Of a stretch of 64,000 bases of DNA, positions 18,436 to 26,948 are shown one piece after another; the stretch's first letter is position 1, and each line of letters begins with the position of its first letter. The stretch comes from an uncultured Methanomassiliicoccales archaeon (GTDB lineage Archaea; Thermoplasmatota; Thermoplasmata; RBG-16-68-12; JAJISG01), in the NCBI GenBank assembly GCA_964347795.1, contig CAYFZX010000001.1, positions 2,202-66,201 of the forward strand, written 5' to 3'. The translations under genes were made by a program, and so were the position numbers. The notes under the pieces were generated by a model that had not been told where the DNA came from, searched no databases, and saw only the letters and a list, made by a program, of their open reading frames with translations.

Positions 18436-19731
18436 GCTTTCAACCCCAATAAAGACCCGCCGAACCGATTTGCTGTCCTCCTTCTCTCCAAGTAGCAGGG
18501 CAACTTCCTTGGGGGTGAGATCCAGAGAAAGTGTCTGGGCCATGCGGAAGTCCTCGTCATGTTTGAACAAGGTTACAAACATTGGCAGGAGGTATTCACG
18601 AGCTTGCCTCCTGGAGGTGTGACATGACCGTCCAAGCTTCAGTAGTATGGAGGCCACCGTGGCACGTCTCATCCGACTTCGAGACATCTTGGATAGCCAA
18701 AGTGGGAATCGATATCTTGCCCCTGCATAATCTCCGTGACGAGCAACGACGAGGCCTCCCGTCATCAAGTCGCTGGCGTACTTCCACAGGCCGTATCGCT
18801 GTTTGCGTCGCACCATCCCGAGGTATTCGTCCGCCCTCGCGAGGGCCCTCAACCCCCTCTCCAAGTCCTGAGGCTCCCGATACTCGAAAGGCAAGTTCTC
18901 ATCGATCCAGAGGATGAGCCTTTCGGGGTCCTCGTTGAGAGAGCGGACGCTCTCCCGGGCCCGATCCAGGCTCCCGGATCGAAATATGTCCCCCAGGACC
19001 TGGAAGACTTCCGACCGCTCGTCTCGATACCCCAGGGCCAAGAGGTCGTCCTCGGTGACTTCCTTTCTCCCCTGGGCGAGGGCCTGCAGATCGTTGATGG
19101 CTGACCGGAAGTCCCCTCGAGACCTCTCTGCGATGTATTGGAGGACCTCCTCGCGGGTCTCCACTCCTTCTTCCTTGGCGATGTCCCGGAGAACCTTCGC
19201 CACGGTTTCCTGCCGAGGGGTGCGGAACTTGATGGTATCGCAGAGCCCCTTGACGGCGGAGGAACGCCGAGTCAGCTCGTAGTAGTCATTGACGATGAGC
19301 GCGATAGGCTGCTGTGTCCTCCTGATCGTATCTACGATGGCGCCGATGCCGCCATAGTCCTCTCGCCCGAAGAGGTTGTCCGCCTCGTCCAGTATGATGA
19401 GCTTTCGCCCCCCCTCTTGATGCCGAATGAAGTCGCCGTCATCGGTGAACGTTTCATACAGGGCACCGCGCGTGGCTATCTCCTTCACTGCCGCCGCGTT
19501 CCGCTTGTCGGAAGCGTTCATCTCGATCACGCCCCAGCCGAAGTCGCCCGCGAGAGCGTGTGCCGCGCTCGTCTTGCCGATGCCGGGATTCCCCACCAAG
19601 ATGATCGCCCTCTTCTTGGGGGTCCCGCGCTCCCAGGACTCGGCCCATGCCTCCAGCTGACCGGTGGCCGTAGGGTTCCCCGCGACATCCTTCAGGGACC
19701 TGGGCCTGTGTTTCTCGGCCCAGTCTAGCAT
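18391..19731 (-). CDS. rfcL: Replication factor C large subunit
   Basis: MLDWAEKHRPRSLKDVAGN..., Walker A VGNPGIGKTS, LILDEADN and an RFC box pattern. Confidence 0.85.
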   Translation of the reverse strand: MLDWAEKHRPRSLKDVAGNPTATGQLEAWAESWERGTPKKRAIILVGNPGIGKTSAAHALAGDFGWGVIEMNASDKRNAAAVKEIATRGALYETFTDDGDFIRHQEGGRKLIILDEADNLFGREDYGGIGAIVDTIRRTQQPIALIVNDYYELTRRSSAVKGLCDTIKFRTPRQETVAKVLRDIAKEEGVETREEVLQYIAERSRGDFRSAINDLQALAQGRKEVTEDDLLALGYRDERSEVFQVLGDIFRSGSLDRARESVRSLNEDPERLILWIDENLPFEYREPQDLERGLRALARADEYLGMVRRKQRYGLWKYASDLMTGGLVVARHGDYAGARYRFPLWLSKMSRSRMRRATVASILLKLGRSCHTSRRQAREYLLPMFVTLFKHDEDFRMAQTLSLDLTPKEVALLLGEKEDSKSVRRVFIGVESLRSGKAVPFSRFES

Positions 19732-19916
19732 CGACTTGGGGAAAGGTGGCCGAGGATAAGGACCTGTCGCGCCCAATGTGGGACGGGTCGCTGTTCCGAC
19801 TCTTGCTACTATATTATCATCAGAAACGATAATGTCCGTATTCTTCGCGGTCCGGCAACAACCGAGAGATCGACAGCGATGGTCATGAGAAGGGATTTAT
19901 CGGGGATTGACCATCG

Positions 19917-20885
19917 ATGCAGGTGATGCTGGACTCCCCCACGGAGGAGGTTCTTAGGCGTCAGGGCTACAAGCTCGTCGGCTCCCACAGCGGCGTCAAG
20001 CTGTGCCATTGGACGAAGAAGTCCCTGACACAGAACAGGGGCTGCTACAAGCAGCGATTCTATGGCATCGAGAGCCACCGCTGCATGCAGATGACACCGA
20101 CGATCAACAACTGCAACCTCGGCTGCCTCTTCTGCTGGCGGGATCAGGCCTACTGGGGCGAGGGTCTCGGCCACGTCGACAACCCCGATTTCCTGCTGGC
20201 GGAATCGTTGGCCGCCCAGAAGGCTCTGCTCTCCGGCTACAAGGGCAACCCCAAGGTGGCGTTGGAGACGTGGTTGGAAGCCAACGACGTGAGACACGTG
20301 GCCATCTCCCTGACCGGGGAACCCACCATGTACCCCCGACTCGGGGAGTTTCTCGAAGATTGCCATGCTCGGGGACTGACTACCTTCCTCGTCACCAACG
20401 GGACCGCGCCAACCGTCTTGGAGAGGCTCGACCCGCTCCCTACGCAGCTCTACGTCACCGTGGCGGCCCCAAACGAAAGGATCTACACGGAGCTGTGCCT
20501 CCCTCAGTCCAGGCAGGAATGGTGGAACCTCATGAGGACTCTCCAGCTCCTGCCCTCTCTGGACACTAGGCGGGTCATCCGCCACACCCTCGTCGATGGG
20601 TGGAACCTGGGGTGGGAGGAGGAATACGCCCAACTGGATGGGATTGGGGCGGCCGACTTCGTGGAGTGCAAGGGCTACGTCTGGGTGGGGCAGTCTCGGG
20701 AACGGCTGAGCATGGACAACATGCCCTCTCACGCCAAGATCAGGGCCTTCGCCTTCCGACTCGGTGGGGCCCTGGGTTATGAGGTAAGGGATGAGGTGGA
20801 GCTGAGTCGGGTGGTTCTTCTAACGAGACCTGGTGTCGATGCCCGTCTCCAGCCGGAGACTGCTAGGTCTGATAATCATCAATGA
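19917..20885 (+). CDS. taw1: tRNA 4-demethylwyosine synthase Tyw1/Taw1 (radical SAM)
   Basis: CHWTKKSL...CMQMTPTINNCNLGCLFCWR radical-SAM cysteine cluster and an overall Tyw1-like sequence. Confidence 0.8.
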   Translation: MQVMLDSPTEEVLRRQGYKLVGSHSGVKLCHWTKKSLTQNRGCYKQRFYGIESHRCMQMTPTINNCNLGCLFCWRDQAYWGEGLGHVDNPDFLLAESLAAQKALLSGYKGNPKVALETWLEANDVRHVAISLTGEPTMYPRLGEFLEDCHARGLTTFLVTNGTAPTVLERLDPLPTQLYVTVAAPNERIYTELCLPQSRQEWWNLMRTLQLLPSLDTRRVIRHTLVDGWNLGWEEEYAQLDGIGAADFVECKGYVWVGQSRERLSMDNMPSHAKIRAFAFRLGGALGYEVRDEVELSRVVLLTRPGVDARLQPETARSDNHQ

Positions 20886-21046
20886 TGAGGGGGTGAGCGG
20901 GTTTGAAATATACCCTCTTTGCGCCCCCGCGAGAATGGGCCTAGAGCTAGTCTCGAGAATCCCCGTTTCCTGGTTTGATTATCAGCAATGATGGGCGTCT
21001 GAAGGGATTGATATAGGCCCGTTTCCACCTTAATCTCGGTTATCGC

Positions 21047-21556
21047 GTGGAGTTCATCGTTCAGCTCCTAGACACCTTGACGGAACCCTACCTGTTCCTC
21101 CCACTGCTGTTCGTCTACAGCATCCTGGTAGCCGTAGTACTCCCCACCCCGGTGGAGGTCGCCCTTGTACCGCTGCTGACACAGCCAGCCCTCTACGGCG
21201 TCGCCGCCGTCACCATTGGACTAGGCAAGGCCGCGGGAAGCTGGATGATCTTCCTAGTGGGCCTTCGAGCCGACAAGCTCATCAAGAAGACCTCCGCCAA
21301 GAACTCCCACGCCAAAAGATTCGTCGACTGGTGCATCAGGTTCGTCTCGAAAACCAAGTACGTCGGGCTCTTCGCCCTTCTAGCCTTGCCCTTCATGTCC
21401 GATACGGTTCCCCTCTACGTGTACTCCCTGTTCAACCACGAGGGAGCGGCCCTCAGCGCACACTACTTCATCGTCACCAACTTCCTCGCGGGAGTCAACA
21501 GGGCCCTCATAGTCCTCATCGCCATCTTAGCCCTCGGAGTCAACTTTCTGCTCTAG
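21047..21556 (+). CDS. Small DedA/VTT-domain-like membrane protein
   Basis: Four or five hydrophobic helices with a VTT-like central segment. GTG start. Confidence 0.45.
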   Translation: MEFIVQLLDTLTEPYLFLPLLFVYSILVAVVLPTPVEVALVPLLTQPALYGVAAVTIGLGKAAGSWMIFLVGLRADKLIKKTSAKNSHAKRFVDWCIRFVSKTKYVGLFALLALPFMSDTVPLYVYSLFNHEGAALSAHYFIVTNFLAGVNRALIVLIAILALGVNFLL

Positions 21557-21649
21557 AATCCGCAGCCCAGGAGATCGTTGGGCTTGGTATCCGACCGAAC
21601 GGGAATCGTCGCACTGAGCTACGAGCCTCGGGCTCGGAGCAGGGGTCCA

Positions 21650-21799
21650 CTAGCCCCAAAGGTAGCGAGAGTAGTGCTTGGGGAAGTAGCCCATCTCCGG
21701 GGCGATGCAGACCTCGCCGTCGAAGCAAGCGCAGCTGTGACAGCAGCCATCCTCCGGCGGGTGGACCACGAGCCCCATGCAACTCTTGTCACAGGGCAT
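21650..21799 (-). CDS. 49-aa cysteine-rich small protein (8 Cys; putative metal-binding), absent from the ORF track because it is under 60 aa
   Basis: ATG..TAG ORF MPCDKSCMGLVVHPPEDGCCHSCACFDGEVCIAPEMGYFPKHYSRYLWG. It has a strong G/C third-position bias like the genuine genes and sits in an otherwise unassigned gap. Confidence 0.35.
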   Translation of the reverse strand: MPCDKSCMGLVVHPPEDGCCHSCACFDGEVCIAPEMGYFPKHYSRYLWG

Positions 21800-21856
21800 T
21801 GGAGGGGGTATTGGGTGGACCGCGCTATTGTCCCTTTCGTAACTATTCTATAGTCT

Positions 21857-21910
21857 GATAGGGTGTTGGCCCGGCACCTTCGATAGGGTTATTGGACCGC
21901 GGACCCTATC
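21857..21910. promoter_or_regulatory. Three GATAGGGT boxes (two direct, one inverted) just upstream of the NOG1-like GTPase start
   Basis: GATAGGGTGTTGG at 21857, GATAGGGTTATTGG at 21882, ACCCTATC (reverse complement) at 21903. The spacing is 25 bp and 21 bp. Confidence 0.35.
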
Positions 21911-21916
21911 ACGGGC

Positions 21917-22903
21917 GTGTTTCAAGTCCCCACGGTTCCCAGGGCACAAGAACTCCTCGACAAGGCCTTCCGGCGGACGAAGAAGGCGAGGGGTAAGGGA
22001 CACAACCGATTGGAGAGGCTGAAATCCATTTCGCAATCGCGAGTGGATGCCCTCTGCGAGACGATCAGATCTACCCTCAAGAGGGTCTACAGTTCGTTCC
22101 CGAGCTTCGACCAGTTGCCTCCTTTCTACTGGGAGTTGGTGGACATCGTAGCAGGGATCGATGAGACGAGAAAGGCCCTAGGAACTCTCCGATGGACCTA
22201 TGAGAAGGTCGCCGAGGTGGGCCGAGTGGCCCGGAAGGCCATCCGTCGTGGCCAGAATGTGCCAGAAATCGAGAGGGCTCGGAAGGAGTGCTACGGGAGG
22301 GTGTCTTCCCTGGTGGAGGCCCTGGAGGAGCCGCTCGCGTTTCTTGGAGCGATTCGGGACGACCTCAAGGGGCTCCCCATCGTGGACCCCTCGCACCCAA
22401 CCATGGTGGTAGCGGGTGCCCCGAATGTGGGCAAGAGTCAGCTCGTGCGGGCCACGAGCAGCGGCCGACCAAAGGTCGCCTCCTACCCCTTCACGACCTT
22501 GGACCTGTTCCTGGGACACTTCGACCTCAATGGCACTCGGTGGCAGATAATGGACACGCCCGGGTTGCTGGACAGGCCGATCCACGAGAGAAATGAATTG
22601 GAGAGGAAGGCCCTCGTCGCCCTTCGTCATCTTGCCACGGCAATCGTGTTCTTGCTGGATCCGACCGAGACGTGCGGCTACCCCATGGAAGAGCAGGAGG
22701 CCCTTCTCGCTGAGCTCCGAGACTTGTACCCGGAAACGCCGATCCTGGATGTGGAGAACAAGGCCGACCTGGGCCCGTCGAAGAGCAGCAGACCGCGAAT
22801 CTCCGCACTCACCGGACAGGGAATCGATGAACTGCTTCAGGAGGTCTTGCGAAGGACTACCAGCCCCGCTCCTGGAGACGAGCCTCCGCGGGCAGCTCGG
22901 TGA
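21917..22903 (+). CDS. NOG1-like GTPase (NOG1 N-terminal domain + MMR_HSR1 GTPase)
   Basis: [11 protein letters not shown] (G1), DTPG (G3), NKAD (G4). GTG start. Confidence 0.8.
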   Translation: MFQVPTVPRAQELLDKAFRRTKKARGKGHNRLERLKSISQSRVDALCETIRSTLKRVYSSFPSFDQLPPFYWELVDIVAGIDETRKALGTLRWTYEKVAEVGRVARKAIRRGQNVPEIERARKECYGRVSSLVEALEEPLAFLGAIRDDLKGLPIVDPSHPTMVVAGAPNVGKSQLVRATSSGRPKVASYPFTTLDLFLGHFDLNGTRWQIMDTPGLLDRPIHERNELERKALVALRHLATAIVFLLDPTETCGYPMEEQEALLAELRDLYPETPILDVENKADLGPSKSSRPRISALTGQGIDELLQEVLRRTTSPAPGDEPPRAAR

Positions 22904-23876
22904 TGTCCAGCCCCTTCATGGGCTCCCCAAGGTCCTTGGAGACCTCGGCGATGATACTCGGGTCGTCGTAGTGGGTCACGGCCTCGACGATAGCTCGGCC
23001 GCGCGATGATGGGTTCTCAGATTTGAAGATGCCGGAGCCGACAAACACGCCGTCGCAACCCATCATCATCATGAGGGCGGCGTCGGCCGGAGTGGCGAGG
23101 CCTCCCGCGGCGAAGTTCACGACGGGGAGCCTCTGCATGTCCCTGATCTCCAACAGGACCTCGAACAGCCCCTCCTGGCAGTCCTTCAGCATGACGTTAG
23201 CGAAGATGGTATCGTCGTCGGAGACTGGCTCAAAACTCCCTTGGGACTTCCGGACAGCCTCCAGAAGCTTGAGATAGCTCTTTCCATAGTTGCTGGCGAC
23301 GCGGCGGAGCCCGTCGTGCTCCATGTCCTTGAGCTCTGCAATGGCCCGGTTCAGGAGGTGCATGTGCCTCACGGCCTCGATGACATTGCCCGTCCCTGCC
23401 TCCCCCTTGGTCCTCATCATGGCCGCCCCCTCAAAGACCCGACGCGTTGCCTCCGCCAAGGAGCGGCATCCGCAGACGAAGGGGACCGTGAAGTCCTTCT
23501 TGTAGATGTGGAAGTAGGGATCCGCGGGAGTGAGGACCTCCGATTCATCGATCATGTCCACCCCCATGGACTCCAGGGCTCGGGCCTCCATGACGTGTCC
23601 TATTCTCGCCTTCGCCATGACGGGAATCGTCACCGCGCTGATGATCTCCTCCACCTTCTTGGGATCGGCCATTCGGGCGACTCCACCGGCCTCCCGGATG
23701 TCTGCTGGGACCCTCTCCAGGGCCATGACAGCCACCGCTCCCGCCTCTTCGGCGACTACGGCCTGCTCGGCGTTCGTGACGTCCATGATCACGCCACCCT
23801 TCTGCATCTTCGCAAAGCCCCGCTTAAGCAGGTCCGTCCCGAATCTCAACTCCTCCAGCTTCAGGTCAATGGGCAT
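22857..23876 (-). CDS. pdxS: Pyridoxal 5'-phosphate synthase subunit PdxS
   Basis: Near-canonical PdxS/SNZ sequence ([32 protein letters not shown]). Confidence 0.9.
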   Translation of the reverse strand: MPIDLKLEELRFGTDLLKRGFAKMQKGGVIMDVTNAEQAVVAEEAGAVAVMALERVPADIREAGGVARMADPKKVEEIISAVTIPVMAKARIGHVMEARALESMGVDMIDESEVLTPADPYFHIYKKDFTVPFVCGCRSLAEATRRVFEGAAMMRTKGEAGTGNVIEAVRHMHLLNRAIAELKDMEHDGLRRVASNYGKSYLKLLEAVRKSQGSFEPVSDDDTIFANVMLKDCQEGLFEVLLEIRDMQRLPVVNFAAGGLATPADAALMMMMGCDGVFVGSGIFKSENPSSRGRAIVEAVTHYDDPSIIAEVSKDLGEPMKGLDITELPAEARLQERGW

Positions 23877-23911
23877 GGAGCCGCCTCCCTCCAGCTAAAG
23901 ACTAGCCGCGT

Positions 23912-23918
23912 TTTATAT
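23912..23918 (-). promoter_or_regulatory. TTTATAT TATA box about 36 bp upstream of the pdxS start
   Basis: A strong AT-rich TATA in an otherwise GC-rich intergenic region. Confidence 0.4.
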
Positions 23919-23998
23919 CTAGTTTTCTGTGGGCTGCGACCCATCTGGCCTCCCTAGCACCAAAACGATTATCTACGGCCCTAAGGTAGGAATCGGGA

Positions 23999-24544
23999 AT
24001 GCCCACTCGGAAGGCCCTCTGCCTTACCGGCATGCCAGGTTGCGGGAAGGAGGAGTTTCTTGCCGTGGCCTCCAAGGCCGGCTTCACGGTGATCCGAATG
24101 GGCGATGTCGTGAGGGAGGGAGCAGCAAGGAGAGGGATTCGGCCTTCCGATGAGGGCGTTGGTGGCCTTGCCGATGACGAGCGGAGGATTTACGGTCCCG
24201 ACGTATGGGCGAGGAGGACGCTTGAGCGTGTGGCGGCCGACCAGACGATAATTGACGGTGTCCGAAGCATGGATGAAGTAGCCCACTTCCAGGAAAGCTT
24301 TGGGCGCCACCTCGCCGTCGTTGCCGTGCACGCCTCCCCTCAGACGCGTCACAAGAGGATAGCGAAACGGGGTCGAGAGGACGACGTGTTGAGTGAGGAG
24401 GACTTCCACCAGCGAGATCGCAGAGAGCTGAGATGGGGGCTGGGCCAGGTGATCGCCCTGGCGGACTACGTGATTGTCAACGAGGGTTCCCTTGAGAAGT
24501 TCCACAAGGAGGCTCAGCGGGTCCTCCGAAATGTCTTCGGGTAG
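23999..24544 (+). CDS. P-loop nucleotide kinase (UPF0200-like, adenylate/dephospho-CoA kinase fold)
   Basis: Walker A LTGMPGCGKEEF. About 180 aa. It has the conserved archaeal pairing with the UPF0201 gene downstream. Confidence 0.6.
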   Translation: MPTRKALCLTGMPGCGKEEFLAVASKAGFTVIRMGDVVREGAARRGIRPSDEGVGGLADDERRIYGPDVWARRTLERVAADQTIIDGVRSMDEVAHFQESFGRHLAVVAVHASPQTRHKRIAKRGREDDVLSEEDFHQRDRRELRWGLGQVIALADYVIVNEGSLEKFHKEAQRVLRNVFG

Positions 24545-24548
24545 TGCG

Positions 24549-24989
24549 ATGTTTCGTCGCATCGAGTTCAGGGTTCACTGCCACGCAACGGAGAAGGAAG
24601 AGAGAGTGTTGCGGGCCTTCACGCAGGTCAGTGGCGTTGACAACCCTGACGTACGGACGACGGAAGGGCATTACGGGAACCGAATCGCAGTCTTTACTGC
24701 AGTCGTCAAGGACTCCGAGGCCATCGACGAGTTCTGGCAGAGAGTGCGGGAAGCGAAGGAACTCGAGGAGGTCCTCAGGACCCTCGATCGCAGGGTCGAT
24801 GCTGACTGCCGCCTGTACCTCCGATTCGACAAGCAGGAAGCATACCTCGGCAGGGTCAGACTAGCCGATCACGACGACGTCATCGCAGCGAAGGCGAAGG
24901 TAGCCGCATATCCAGCCAAGCGGGAGAGAGCGCTGGAGATCGTCCGCGAGTACTTCGAGGGAGGACGAGCACATGGATCTCACTCGTGA
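24549..24989 (+). CDS. UPF0201/COG1325 predicted RNA-binding (exosome-associated) protein
   Basis: MFRRIEFRVHCHATEKEERVLRAF... has the family's typical N-terminus. The start is the internal ATG at 24549. Confidence 0.55.
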   Translation: MFRRIEFRVHCHATEKEERVLRAFTQVSGVDNPDVRTTEGHYGNRIAVFTAVVKDSEAIDEFWQRVREAKELEEVLRTLDRRVDADCRLYLRFDKQEAYLGRVRLADHDDVIAAKAKVAAYPAKRERALEIVREYFEGGRAHGSHS

Positions 24990-26136
24990 TCAGGAGCGCC
25001 TGCTCACCCACGGCACCGCCGCTGAGCGGAAGTCCATGGAACTCCTCGTCGCCCTGGGCGAGGTCTACGGCGCAAGCCGACTGATCCCCGTCACATCCGT
25101 TCATGTCTCCGGTGCGAGCTACAAAATCGTGGGAGAGGCTGGACTCGAGTTCCTGGAGGAGTTCTCCCAGACGGCCCGGGTGAAGGTTCGTACCACCGTC
25201 AATCCGCTAGGGATGGACCTTCAAGCGTGGAGCAGCATGAGGATCCCAGAGGATTTCGCCTCTCGACAGCTGCGAATCGTTGAAGCGTACCGCAGAATGG
25301 GTGCGGAGGAAACGTGGAGCTGCATACCCTACCAGATTGGAAACAGACCAGCCATGGGAGAGCATGTCGCGTGGGCTGAGTCTTCGGCGGCCATCTTCGC
25401 CAACTCCGTTCTGGGGGCAAGAACCAACAGGGAGGGAGGCCCCTCTGCCCTGGCCTCTGGAATCACCGGCTTGACCCCCAACTACGGCCTCCACCTTGAC
25501 AAGAACCGAACAGCCACCATCAGGGTAAGGGTGATCGCTTCCTTGAGCGGCTACGAGTTCTCCCTCCTGGGCCACCATCTGGGGAAGCTCCTCGGAAGTG
25601 GCGTCCCTCTCATCGAGGATATCAAGGGTCAGGAAGATGAACTCAAGGCCATGGGAGCGGGCATGGCCACGAGCAGCGACATTACCCTGTACCATGTCAA
25701 GGGCCTCACCCCGGAGTGGGAAACGGCGGAAGTCTCCGGCATAGAGACGGTGGAAGTCACCGAATCAGATCTGGAAGAGGCGAAAGCTCAGCTTCTTTCG
25801 GCAGAACACTATGAGCTCATTGCCTTCGGCTGTCCCCAGCTCTCGAGGCGGGAGCTGGAAGAGGTGGCCGACCTGATGGAGCGGGAGGAACCGAGAGTCC
25901 CTGTATGGGTCTTCACCTCGCGATTGATGGCCAAAGGTGCGGAGCGTGCGATCCAACGCATCCGAGCCATGGGAGGCACGGTGGTCTTTGACACCTGCCC
26001 AGAGGTAACCCCGCTTGACTTGATCGCTCACGAGGTGGGAAGCCCCTCAGCCAAGGCAGCAGTCTACCTCCCGGCGCTCTCGGGACAGCGCGTCCACATC
26101 GCGGATAGCAAGGAGTTGATGAGGAAAGAGAGATGA
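24973..26136 (+). CDS. Aconitase X catalytic (large) subunit, DUF521; likely phosphomevalonate dehydratase large subunit
   Basis: 387 aa DUF521/AcnX pattern, followed by a DUF126 (AcnX swivel) gene that overlaps it by 4 nt. Confidence 0.7.
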   Translation: MDLTRDQERLLTHGTAAERKSMELLVALGEVYGASRLIPVTSVHVSGASYKIVGEAGLEFLEEFSQTARVKVRTTVNPLGMDLQAWSSMRIPEDFASRQLRIVEAYRRMGAEETWSCIPYQIGNRPAMGEHVAWAESSAAIFANSVLGARTNREGGPSALASGITGLTPNYGLHLDKNRTATIRVRVIASLSGYEFSLLGHHLGKLLGSGVPLIEDIKGQEDELKAMGAGMATSSDITLYHVKGLTPEWETAEVSGIETVEVTESDLEEAKAQLLSAEHYELIAFGCPQLSRRELEEVADLMEREEPRVPVWVFTSRLMAKGAERAIQRIRAMGGTVVFDTCPEVTPLDLIAHEVGSPSAKAAVYLPALSGQRVHIADSKELMRKER

Positions 26137-26948
26137 GATTTGAGGCCAGGAAGATCTACGGTGGCCGAGTCAGCGGTGCAGCCCTCGTCTTGGAGAAACC
26201 TCTTTCGTTTCTTGGCGGCGTGGATCGAGAGACTGGTGAGCTCCTTGCGGAGAACAGCGATCTTAAGGGCACACCCGTCACCGGGAGGATTCTGGTCTTT
26301 CCCAGGGGCAAGGGAAGCACGGCAGGATCCTACGTTCTCTACTCTCTGAGTGTGAGGGGCAAAGCGCCAGCCGCCTTGGTGTGTCAGACGGCCGAAGCGG
26401 TCGTGGCCACGGGAGCCATCATCGGGGAGACGACGATGGTTGACGGCGTCCCGACTGATCTTTTCAGAACCGGCGACAAAATCCTCGTCGACGCAGACCG
26501 GGGGTATGTAGAGATTGAGGGGGTGCGACTCGCACCCGTCGTCACCGCCTTCCTCTACGAGGCCGGTGAGGTCCTTGTACTCAAGAGGAGCGAGGAAGTG
26601 GGCAGCTTCCCGGGCCGGTGGGCGGGAGTCTCAGGGTATATCGAAGGAGATGAAGGGGCGTTGGAGAGAGCGACAATTGAGATCAGAGAGGAGACAGGAA
26701 TCGATGATGCACGCCTCCTGAGCAAAGGGGAGACCGTCCTCGCGAGAGGCGGCAAAGATGACGTCATCTGGGAGGTGAACCCGTTCCTATTCGAAGTCAC
26801 ACGTCGCGATGTCACGATGGACTGGGAACACGTGGAGAACCGCTGGATCAAGCCTGAGGAGTTGAGGGGCTACCAGACCGTCCCGAAGTTGATGGAAGCC
26901 TTGGAGAGCGCCCTCGCTGGCCTCAGGAAGCCTTCGCCAAGCCGATAA
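26133..26948 (+). CDS. Aconitase X small (swivel) subunit, DUF126, fused to a C-terminal Nudix hydrolase domain
   Basis: N-terminal ~130 aa are DUF126 (LSFLGGVDRETGEL...GKGSTAGSYVLY...APAALVC). The C-terminus carries the Nudix box GVSGYIEGDEGALERATIEIREETGI. Confidence 0.7.
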   Translation: MRFEARKIYGGRVSGAALVLEKPLSFLGGVDRETGELLAENSDLKGTPVTGRILVFPRGKGSTAGSYVLYSLSVRGKAPAALVCQTAEAVVATGAIIGETTMVDGVPTDLFRTGDKILVDADRGYVEIEGVRLAPVVTAFLYEAGEVLVLKRSEEVGSFPGRWAGVSGYIEGDEGALERATIEIREETGIDDARLLSKGETVLARGGKDDVIWEVNPFLFEVTRRDVTMDWEHVENRWIKPEELRGYQTVPKLMEALESALAGLRKPSPSR

